Under the pieces are notes generated by a model. The model was not told where the DNA came from, did not search any database, and saw only the letters and a program-made list of their open reading frames with translations. From Takakia lepidozioides (lineage: Eukaryota > Plantae > Bryophyta): a stretch of DNA of 64,000 bases. The stretch is from the NCBI GenBank assembly GCA_030704615.1, contig CM060731.1, positions 5,208,001-5,272,000 of the forward strand, read 5' to 3'. The stretch's first letter is position 1, and each line of letters opens with the position of its first letter. Of this stretch, positions 53,888-64,000 are shown one piece after another. The position numbers and the translations under genes are program-made.

Positions 53888-56800
53888 TTACTCACATGAA
53901 AAGTCGTTGTCGACCTGCTTATCTTCGGGATCGTCATCATTTCGAATATGAATCCGATCAGTCTGTGTGCCTGAAGTGGAGCCAGACAAAAGGGGGAGGA
54001 GCACTGTGTTGTAGAGGTCAGAATCACCCTCCATACCAAAAAGGCTTCTTCCGCCTGCCTTGCATGCGTGGTAAGTTGCTCCTGCACCAGACAGGAGAAC
54101 ATAAGCAGTTTGGAGGAGGGGATTTAAGCAGATGAAACTGTTGAAAGGAAACCAATTCGGAAGGGAGAAAACGAACCTGTGGACACAGAAAGATCGACCA
54201 TCCGTGCAGAGGGGTGGCTGCATGACTCCAGCAGTATTTGCATGAATGCTGGTGACTTTTCCTTTGCACCTCTCCAGGGAGTGCCATCTGGTCTCTTCAG
54301 AGTCTGACTGGACTGCATGAAGTTGTACAAAATGTCATCGACATGGGGCTCATAGGGGGGGTTGACGAAACAACCCGGGTCAGAAATCTCAAAGCTGCGG
54401 ATGGAGGATGGTGTCTTTGATGTGCGAATCCTCCGCAGGCAGATCGCCTCGAACATCCTCGTCTGCCAAAGATAGCAGGTTAGTGTGGTAAACACAATCT
54501 AAAGTGGAAGTGTGTACATCGGCTATTCAGAACTCTGACACCAAAAAACCATGAATCGTTGATGATCGGTGTCGATCATAAAACATTCTACCAGAGTGGA
54601 GCTGCAGAGAAAATTGAAACTCATGATCAAAGCATAAGCAGAAGGCAGACGGCATACCAGCTGACCAGGGAAACCCCCTTTCACAAGGTAGAGGCTGTTC
54701 ACACAATTCCATGTGCGCAAAACTTCAAACCCTGAAGACTTGAGGTATGATGCCAATGCCCGACGACTATCATTGTCACATGACTGAAAAAGCAGAAGTG
54801 TCCCTGCATCAGAGAGGAAATTGTTACAGAACCCGAATACCCAACTCCAGTAGTTGTCCTCGAATTTGTTCCACCCTGGCGTCTTGCCCTTTGGAAGAAC
54901 TTCTGGCACAGCCTGGCCATCCGGGATGTCGAGAATGACAATGTCGGCCGCATAAGTTTTCTGCACACCGCACACGAAGGTGGGACCTGTGCTCACCTGC
55001 AACAGACATGTTTTTTATAAGAACGATGGCAAGAATGTTTTCTAAGAACGAGACTGAAATACTACCAACGAAACATTCAGAGAAAAAGGAAAGAAAGTGG
55101 AATTCTCACCAGATTGAGGAATGAGATTATATTGTCCCAGGTAGGGGATGGCACCCCAGTGTATCCTCTCTTTCGACTCTGCATCATCGAAAGCCAACCC
55201 TCATTAACAATTTTCATCTCTCCTGCTGAATCAGAACGGGAAGGGTGTGGCTTGGCATCGAACACGCACTGAAGAGTGCGGGTATATCTTCCAGCACTAA
55301 AGTCCTGCCCACTCTCCATCTCCTTTTCATTCTCCTTCCCCTTGTCCTTTTCTTTCTCTTTGGACTTGTCTTTGTCCTTTGGCTTTGCTGGTGAGATGGC
55401 TATGACATCAACAGCCTTGTCTTTTGGTTTGCGGCCCGCCTTCTTTCCCTTCTGCGGCGTTCCCTGAGCATCAGGCTCCTTGGCAGCCAAGGTTGCTATG
55501 TTTCGTTGATACTCTTCGTCAGTCAAAGGCGCCAGCATCTCAGCGTTATTGTTCAAGTATTTCATATGCTGTTCTTGAAAGGTCGTGTGCTCAGGTGGGC
55601 AGTCAAGGTACCACCCACAGTCTCTGAAGTGAGAAGGACTCCAGTCCTTCAATATCCCTGCAGTATACATGGTTGGATCGTTTGCAGGGTCCGACCACAT
55701 GTCAAGATAGTCGGGAATTCCGCTCAGGTGATTTCCTTCCATAAGCACATATTTCGTGTACCTGAAAAAAGGAGATGAATCCCAACCCACAAAAGCGCTC
55801 AGTGAGTAAGATGCAAGTAGAACAGAAAGAATAAAACATGGATTGAAATGGCTCTGACAACTGCTCCAAGGACCTTTCAGGACCACACTACTGCTCCAGA
55901 TATGAATGTCGTCAACGCCATTCAGAACATTCCATTCCATGACACTGTAAATACATCCTAATCCAGGTGAATGCAAATAAGCGATTAGAAATGACACAGA
56001 CATAGAAGTGAATGTCGTCAACGACATTCAAGAATGAAGCCAAATTATTACTGAAATGAAGCAAAATCACAGGATGGAAATAAAAAAATTGAGTAAGGAA
56101 CCATCCAAGAAAACTCAATGCACATTCATAACGAACCTATCACTGAGGACCTCACAACATCACTGTATATGAATGGCGTCAACGCCATTCACAAAAATAC
56201 AAAAAAGAAACCAATTACTTAGCTCCCCAATCCATGAAAATTGAATTTGTCGTTTTTGAATAATACAGACACAGCTGTGAATGTCGTCAACGACATTCAC
56301 TTTGGATTTCTTAAAACAGAGCTTATCAAGCCTCCATATTCATCGCAAGAGGAAAAAACAATGCAGAACAACTGAATGTCTGCATTGACATTCAGCAAAA
56401 TGAAGTGATCAACCCTCATTGTAACCTCTATGGACATTACAAAAATTTAAATAACCTTGAGGACCACACAACAACTCCGTATGTGAATGTCGTCAACGCC
56501 ATTCAAGGACATTATCAATTCTAATCAGGGACAATATAATTGCACCCTTAGATCCTAACCAGGTGAATTCATATACTCGCTTAAGAATGACTCAGACAAA
56601 GAAGTGAATGTCGTCAACGACATTCAATCTGGATCTAAGATTGCAATCCATATGAAGCCACAATTTTTCCCAAAAAAATAGTAGAGTTTCAAGTATGACA
56701 TTTCACCTGTACACAACTCGCATCATGGCCCACTCTCCTCCAACCTGACTGTCAAAGTCGTTGGACCGTAAAATGTTACCATCTTTGGAGAACTCCCGGA

Positions 56801-59006
56801 AAAAACAGTATCTCCAGGTGAGACCTCTCCACTTCCTTATGTATGCCTCCAATGACATTTGGGGAGGGGAAACAATCGCAATGTTCAGGTCCTTCAAAGT
56901 CTGATCCAGCACAATGACGGCGCGCTTTTCGAGCTGCAAATAGTATATTTGTCAGAATTGCAAAAAAGAAACACATCACATACTTGAAGAGAAGAAACAG
57001 CATGTTCGAATACACACCTGACTCCAAAATGTAGCCTTGTGGAGCCAGTTATCAAACACCAAATCACTGATTCCTTCCACCTTTGTGCCAGGCTGTATGG
57101 TGCTCTTTGGGAACTGATTCAAGTCCTTTCCTGTTTGATCTGAGTTCCATATCTCCAGCCACCTTATTTTTGTTTGTGGGTCGACCATCGATATGGCCAG
57201 CCGGTGCAATTTCTCCTGCTGCATCTCCGGATGCACATGCTTGTCATAGTGTGTTTTGATCTGCTGAAGGAACTCAGGACCAAGTCCAGGATCTACTATT
57301 CTAAGCTGCTTTCCGAAGGCTGACATCAATTTGGTTCTTCGCATCTCAAACTCCTTCTTTATTGCAGCTTCCACACCCTTTGATGTCCTTAGTTCCTCTG
57401 GTGTAGTGCGGTAATATTCGGATTTTCCCTTCTCAGCTGCCTCTGCCAGTTCTTGCTGCATTCATTCAAGTAGTGATTAGCTCCGAAGGGACTCTAAACA
57501 TGTATTCGAAAAGTAAACAGATTACAGACTCGGGCTTACCGCATACATGTACTCCAGAAACGCCTCTCGTGTCAAAGAATACCAAGTGCCTGCAGCTCTT
57601 TCTGTTTCGCACTTCTTGATGATATTGGGTGGTAGTACTGTCCGAAAATCATCCAGCTTCATCAGACCAATCCTCTGAATTCGGAATAGTGTGTGAACCA
57701 AGCTTGTTGTCACATGCGATTTCTCTGTCGATCTGCAAAAACATTGAAAACATTGCATTCCTTAACACTGTTTTTTGAGGATCAACAAGACACTACAGAG
57801 GGAATCAAATCTCCTGGATGACTTACTTGTTCACGTCGTGCATAGCTGTAAGAAGCCTAGCGATGTCGTTTCCTGGATCCAAAACCATTGCCTCCACAGC
57901 AACATGCTTGTCTTTGTCTTTCGAATGGTGTTTCTGAATGTATCCCATCCATGCCAGCAATCGGTGGTTGCCGTCCCAGACGTAGAACATGTGGTTGCAA
58001 AATTGCTGGGTGTTCTTTCCCATCATGAGGCCCAGCTCGAACTCCTCATTGGCATCTTTCCAGCACTCATCCCAGTTATCACTGATCTCTGGAGAAACTA
58101 ATGTGCTTTTCCCATTTATATCCGTCAGTGACACATAAAAAACTTGTGCACCAAGTCTATATCCATGCACAAAATCACTCTCCAATTTTGTTATGTCATG
58201 GGAAAGAGGTGGACGCACAACAGGCATTGATATCATCCGGCACAGAGGTATGTCCAGACGCCCTCCAGATACGAGCATGTCCCTTATAACCTCCTGAGAG
58301 TTTACCTTCTGGAATGACATGAGTTCTTTCACCTTGTCAAGGTAGTGCACTTCGGATTCATCTGCTTCATCTGTATTCTCTGAGCTTTTTGCGGACTCGT
58401 CCCCATCTCCAGATCCTTTCCCCTCTGATCCTGTAGGCTTCGACCTCACAGTTTTCTGCACGATGCCAGTCAGTTCTGACTAAGTGATTTGCAAATAGTG
58501 AATGGCGGTAACGACAATCACTCTGTATTAAGGAAACTCACCATGAATGGTGTGAAAGAATTCAGCACAATCTACACATGCAAAGCCGAGACTGCCGTAT
58601 TCAAAACAAAAGTGAGAGCGATAGCGAACGGCGTTAATGACAATCACAAAAGATAACAACCTGCCGGATCGGTGTTGTGTAATGACATATATGTGCAACT
58701 GATTGACGGCAACGACATTCAGTGTAGTTTAGGGAGAATAGTAAGTGCAGACTCTCTCTTCAAACACATAGGTACATAAATCTCATGAGCAGAATCGAAT
58801 GGCGTTAACGACGCTCGCGATTCAGTAGTTCCTGCTAAAGAATGGAAGAGGAAGGACTCCTTGAAAGGCAATCACACAGACTATATGATAAAACTTACTG
58901 GCACCTTCTTAGGTTTTGAAATTTGATCCCCTTCTGCAGCTTTCCTCTTCCCTCTCACATCTGCTGGAGTTTCTGTCTGCGCAAGGGTTTCTTGACCTTC
59001 TTCCAT
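53888..59006 (-). CDS. ParB/Sulfiredoxin-domain protein fused to a beta-class N4/N6 amino-DNA-methyltransferase-like domain (about 1020-1030 aa, 9 exons)
   Basis: Exons 58899-59006, 57827-58479 (alternative acceptor 58455), 57540-57732, 57018-57455, 56707-56933, 55110-55761, 54658-54996, 54177-54462 and 53888-54081; all GT-AG, phase-consistent, no stops (3090 nt). ParB-like: VVRPP...KLESDF...FYVWDGNHRLLAW. MTase: ADIVILDIPDG (motif IV-like), then EKSPAFMQILLESCSHPSARMVDLSVSTGATYHACKAGGRSLFGMEGD (motifs X-I-II). Confidence 0.8.
55903..56626. repeat. Seven spaced 22-bp palindromes TGAATGTCG-TCAA-CGACATTCA in intron 5 of the ParB-MTase gene
   Basis: Copies start at 55903, 56009, 56170, 56278, 56373, 56484 and 56605. 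Confidence 0.9.
58499..58817. repeat. Four degenerate copies of the same palindrome in intron 1
   Basis: TGAATGGCGGTAACGACAATCA (58499), CGAACGGCGTTAATGACAATCA (58625), TGATTGACGGCAACGACATTCA (58701), CGAATGGCGTTAACGACGCTCG (58796). Confidence 0.7.
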
Positions 59007-59151
59007 TAGGAAGGCAAACGTTTGAGAAATTTAGAACGGCGTTGGGTGTTTGTAGTCTGTTTGAGATCAGCAACAAAGGACAGATTAGCACCAAAGAAAA
59101 AGAATTTGGTTGACAGAATACCCTAGAGAAGATGCTAAGATTGAGAGGAGG

Positions 59152-61690
59152 TGTTAGAAAATTAGTGACTCTCTCAGCATATGGCCCACTCGTGAGGTGG
59201 CCTCCCTTGTAGTATTTAGTTCAATTTAGTGTTAGTCAATTGGCCATCCAGGTTTCTAGGCTTTCCCCACCCAACCACTGTTTATTACTAGTTAATGCAC
59301 TCCTTCAATATTTCGTGCGAGCATGGAAAACCGGGTTTCGAGCAATCTTTGCACTGCTCTGATTGTCACATTTGATCACATTTGGTCCATCCTTCAGAAT
59401 ACCTAATTCCTCGTACAATCTTCGCAACCAACTGGTCTCCTTAACACCTTCAGTGAGTGCGCGATATTCAGCTTCTGTGGACGACAACGCCACAGTTGGC
59501 TGTTTTTTGGATCTCCAAGTGATTGCACTTTCTCCCATTCTAAAGACATCATGAAGTTTTATCACTCTCACCCACCCAGTCTGCGTCTGTGTGACCATTT
59601 AGCAAAGTACCTGATCCCCTTCGATAAAAGATCCCATAATCTGTTGTACCAGCTACATATCTTAGGATGTGATCGACCGCATCCATGTGAGCCTTCTATG
59701 GCACCTCTATGTAACGACTCACTGCTCCAACCGAGTACACCAAGTCGGGTCTGGTGTTCGTCAAATAAACAAGTTTCCCTACCTTTCTTCAATACAATGT
59801 TGCATCTGAAAGTGGAGTGCCCATGTCAATTGACAATTTGAGATTCTCGATCATAGGCACTTCATGTGGATTGCAATGAGAGAATCCTAATTCTACAAGC
59901 AATTTCTTAACATACCCCCTCTGAGTGATCATAATGCCCTCTTCGAGATGAAGAAATTCAGCTACTAAATATAGTTGTATGAGGCCAAGATCAGTCATAT
60001 CGTAAGCAAGCTTGAATTGTTCGTGCATCCAGACTATCTTTTTTGAGTGACTGCCGGTTAGCAGTAAATCATCCTTGTCATTCTCTTTGTAATAGTAGAG
60101 ATTGTAATATGCACCAGAGCGGTTAAGACCTTGAGATTGAAGGAAGGAATCGATGTTTGCATACCAAGCACGTGACACTTGCTTGAGGCCGTAAAGTACC
60201 TTCAACAAGTTACATACCTTAGTTTCATGACCTGGCTTTTGAAATCCCTCTGGTTGTCTCATAAAGACTTCCTCTTTCAATTCGCCATTCAAGAACGCGG
60301 TTTTGACATCCATGTGAAAGATCACCCAGTTTGAGTATGCGGCAAGTGCAACAATCGGTCGAATAGTTCCCCACTTCACCACAAGGGCAAATGTCTCGTT
60401 ATAATCGATTCCCTCGCGCTGTTGGAAGCCACGTGCAACCAACCTTGCTTTGAGCTTGTCTGGTGACCCATCAACTTTTTGCTTGATTTTGTAAACCCAC
60501 TTAGCAGTGATTGGAGTTTTCCCAGGAGGAAGGTCCACTAATTCCCAAGTTCTATTCTTGGAAATCGAGTCCATTTCTGACTGCATTGCATCGCACCAAC
60601 CCTCCACCTGAGAAGCTTCATGAAAGCTTGTAGGTTCCTCACTTTCAACCACATTCACATAGTCATCCAAGAGAGCTGGCCTTCGACGAACTCTTGTTGA
60701 CGTGCGTTCAATAGTGTGCATAGGAGTGGCAACTTGCTTGTGAGTTGGTTCAATAGGTCCTGCCTCATCTTCAATATGTACATCATCTTCTGGGTTAATC
60801 TGAAGATCAACGTGAATGTCAATAGCAGGAGGGGTCGGTGGATTTGGTATTGTGGCCGTTTGTTGGACTATTGATTCTTCAGAACAATCATCATCTCCAT
60901 CATGCATTCGATGTCAATCAGAGTGTTGCTCTGCTTCAGGTGCATCTCCTTGAACAGGGATCTTCTCGATAAACGTCACATCCCGACTAACAAAGATCTT
61001 ACGTGTGGTAGGATTGAATAATCTGTAAGCCTTCGTTTCGATGTCGTAACCAACTAGGATAAAAACTATGGATTTTGGATCCAACTTGCCCCTGTATTGT
61101 TTATCAACATGAACAAAAGACTTGCTGCCAAAAATGCGAAGATGAGATATCACTGGTTTGGTACCTGAAAACTTCTCATGTGGAGTCATACCAGCATTTG
61201 CACTTGAAGGACACCAATTTATCAGATAAGCAGCTGTATTCACAACTTCCGACCACATAAACTTTGGTAGATCAGCTTCGAGTACCATACTCCTTGCGCG
61301 TTCAAGTACAGTGCGATTTTTGCGCTTTGAAACACCGTTTTGCTGTGGTTGCGAGGTTGACTGAGTTGTCGTGTGATCCCCTGCTCATGGAGATATTTAG
61401 TGACAGCATGAGACATAAATTCACGACCACGATCTGCTCTCAAACATTTGATCGTCTTTCCAGTCGCATTCTCAATCATGTTGAAAGTTTTGAAGTTTTG
61501 CAGAGCCTCATCTTTCCTTCTCAAAAAATACACCCATGTGTATCGGCTATAATCATCAGTTATGGCCATAAAGTACCTTGAGCTTGAGAGTGATGGTGCC
61601 TGCATAGGACCACACAAGTTCGTGTGCAACAGTTGGAGTATCTCAGTAGCTCTATGTTCAGCTTAGGAAATTTCTTTCGTTGATGTTTTC
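59152..61690 (-). mobile_element. Ty1/copia retrotransposon C, 5'-truncated and degenerate
   Basis: HTNLCGPM, DDYSRYTWVYFL, LRADRG, WSEVVNTAAYL, KARLVARGFQQ, HMDVKTAFLNG, SSTEAEY, KCDNQS, FHARTK; left boundary and LTR uncertain. Confidence 0.88.
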
Positions 61691-62169
61691 CTAGTACATG
61701 TTTTCATGTTTGTTTGTCGTTGTAATGCGCGTGCGAGACAAGCAGCCCAAAAGAGAAGCTCATAGATTGAACCCACAACCGTCGTGCAGCCTTGCCCAAC
61801 CCTCTATCGACGACAAACTAATAAGGCCCACAAGATAAATGAAGCTTGTGAACCACAAACGTGGAAATCACAGTAGAAGGAGACAAAATTAACCAACAAA
61901 TGCTAATCAGTTTGTGCACAATTTCACAATTTCAACCCAGCTTGCATTGTCACCACAACAAACCTCCGTAGGGTACAAAAAAAAGAAACGAAGAGAGGCC
62001 TAATCATTGTGATGAAAGCTCCTGCAGCTTCAGGGAAGCAAGCAAGCTGACGGGCACTGCGAAAGCCCGTGATGGTCAGACCTCTGCTTGTCTTTATTAC
62101 TTAGAACGCCTTTGTGGCCGTGGAGCCGCGGAGTACACAGCGGAAAGGAAACCGCAAATTGGCAGTGCC

Positions 62170-62420
62170 TCCTCCATGTCCATCCGATGCATCCATGTTA
62201 ACCCGGTGCCTCCTCCATGTGTTCCATGTTAATCCGGTGCCTCCATGTCACCCAATACCTCCTATATGATGCATCCATGTTAACCTGGTACCTGCTCCAT
62301 GTCTCACATGAGTATCCCATGCCACCATGTCAACCCAGTGTCTCCATGTCCTTCATGCTCTGTCAATCCAATGCTTCAATGTTAAACCAGTGTCTCCAAT
62401 GTCTACTCGGTGCTTCTACC
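62170..62420. repeat. Degenerate CCATGTTAACCCGGTGCCTC tandem repeat
   Basis: About 6 imperfect copies. Confidence 0.7.
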
Positions 62421-62589
62421 AGTTTTGTCGTTGTGGTTGCCGATGTCGTCGTCGTGTCATGCCAGCATGTCAAGAGCGACGGTTCGATCATGAAGTTAGA
62501 CCTAATAATTAGTTGTTCTCTCATGCAAACTTCTCTGCATCGCAATTCACTTGATCACCCCCCCCCCCCTCCTAAAACAACGACGCAAT

Positions 62590-62745
62590 GGCGTGAGCGT
62601 TGCACGTGAGCGCGCGAGCGTACGCTCACGCCAGCTGACGTGGCGTGAGCCTGCACACATGCTGACGTGGCGTGAGCGTCATGTCAGCATGCTGATGTGG
62701 CGGTAAATGATGACGTGGCACTGTCCGTCAACTGCCACGTCAGCA
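62590..62745. other. GC-rich hairpin/ACGT-motif cluster related to 52881-52950
   Basis: GGCGTGAGC...GCTCACGCC hairpin. TGACGTGGCGTGAGC (62636, 62664) is the exact reverse complement of GCTCACGCCACGTCA (52912). Confidence 0.7.
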
Positions 62746-63195
62746 TTAACATGCGCCGCCTATAACCGTGGATGGTCCTATGACCGTGGAATTAATGCAG
62801 GGAATCTTGCCTAAATAGAATCAAGACGAGCGTTGAGGCCTACAATTGCAGCATCCAACATTGTGCAATTACAAATGTTTGTTTCACTTTTACAATTACG
62901 AAGACGACAAAATATCCTCACAAAGTGTGCGCCATAAAGGCTGCCACGAGAAGACTTCCTCCCTCCTCAAATAACAATGAGAGTTATGATCATCTTCAAA
63001 AGATGATTGTAGTGCATAGCGACAGCAAGACATGTAGACTTCGAACGGTGCAATGACAAATGTGCACTACCTAAAAGTTGTCACTCAGAGCTCACTCCGT
63101 ATAGTTGGAGGCCATATCATTGCACAGCCGACGAATTGATGTGAATTACACATTTCAAATCATGGTCATCCACATACCACATTACATAGTTCATG

Positions 63196-64000
63196 CTACC
63201 CATGTGTTGTATCCCGCTGCAAAAGAGTATCGACCTCGTTGAAACTCATAGTGGCCTGGTGAATGAAGTTGTCACGTTTGGGATCGCAAACCATCCTCCT
63301 CAAAAATATGAAATACAAATGTTTGCAGGGTATGAATTTACCTCTCTTGCCCAAACTGGTTGATAGCATATTCACAAAATCAGGACATGTGCAATTGGGG
63401 AAATTGGAAACCGTGATGTCGTAGGTCCTGTCATGAACAGCAGATGTGGAAGTGATGATTGTGAATACCCGACCATATCCTGGATCGGGTACTTCCGTGG
63501 TGCTTCCGACACGAGCTTGGAGCATTCTTGCGGACTCCACTTTGCCAAAGTGTTCAGCGGTTGGAGGGAAACGCCGAACGAGCTTTCCATCTCGTTTGGT
63601 TGGCCACAAGTCAAGATTTGCCGGGGGGACCCGGGAGGACGCAGGAGTAGTAGCACATGCATGGAGTTGGGGTTGTCTCGCAAGGGAAAAACCTGCCTCC
63701 TCCAGCATTTCAATCTCCTGAAAGCTGAGATGTGTTCCCACCTTCACGGGCCAAACGGTTGGAGGAGATGGCTTCATCACTACGGAAGGACGCATAGTTC
63801 CATGCACACATCTGGCACAATCATCTGCGCAGAACCAGAACTTGTGGTTCTTGGCTTCTGGTTGACCGTATGGACGCATCAAGCCCGTGAAAGTCGGAGC
63901 AGGAGTTCGGGCACCACCTCTGGATATAGATGAAGTGCACTTCTCGAAATTAGTTGCCCTGATCGCTGTACATTTCACACGAGACCCGACACTTGTGCGT
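63196..64000 (-). CDS. SWIM zinc-finger protein, partial (5' end beyond the window), probably transposon-associated
   Basis: Open frame to the window edge; YDITVSNFPNCTCPDF...IPCKHLYFI (CxC...CxH) plus an upstream Cys cluster KC...KC...FWFCADDCARC. Confidence 0.75.
   Translation of the reverse strand, partial: RTSVGSRVKCTAIRATNFEKCTSSISRGGARTPAPTFTGLMRPYGQPEAKNHKFWFCADDCARCVHGTMRPSVVMKPSPPTVWPVKVGTHLSFQEIEMLEEAGFSLARQPQLHACATTPASSRVPPANLDLWPTKRDGKLVRRFPPTAEHFGKVESARMLQARVGSTTEVPDPGYGRVFTIITSTSAVHDRTYDITVSNFPNCTCPDFVNMLSTSLGKRGKFIPCKHLYFIFLRRMVCDPKRDNFIHQATMSFNEVDTLLQRDTTHG

Noticed and set aside
54340-54370. NPPY in the methyltransferase gene (CFVNPPYE) as the catalytic motif IV
   Set aside because: It lies between the DIPDG strand and the SAM-binding region without the usual hydrophobic strand context. 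DIPDG fits the beta-class position better, but structure prediction is needed to exclude it.
55903-56626. Spaced palindromes as a CRISPR array
   Set aside because: Spacers are 70-140 bp and partly homologous to one another (a higher-order repeat of about 290 bp), and the array lies in an intron.

Overview
Eukaryotic nuclear DNA, most likely from a non-seed land plant (bryophyte, lycophyte or fern). This is inferred from short GT-AG introns, PLS-type PPR fragments, Ty1/copia elements and plant-type EFG1, ECA and UGT sequences. Apparently intact spliced genes: a bacterial-type amidohydrolase (partial, 1-2774), EFG1 (22494-25228), an ASC-1/TRIP4 zf-C2HC5 protein fused in frame to an AlkB dioxygenase (26644-31963), a 9-exon ParB/Srx + beta-class N4/N6 DNA-methyltransferase-like gene (53888-59006), and a SWIM-finger ORF running off the right edge. 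The rest is transposon-rich: a decayed PIF/Harbinger, three copia elements (two nested), two MITEs, and pseudogene fragments of UGT, ECA Ca2+-ATPase, PPR, DnaJ and PI-PLC. The main highlights are (1) an intron-containing, pseudogenised Fanzor1 (eukaryotic TnpB-like RNA-guided nuclease) at 46729-49458 that retains all three RuvC motifs and lies between oppositely oriented 17-bp repeat arrays; (2) the ParB-methyltransferase gene, whose introns carry about 11 spaced 22-bp palindromes; and (3) the ASC-1-AlkB fusion. All family assignments come from reading motifs by eye; no database searches were run.
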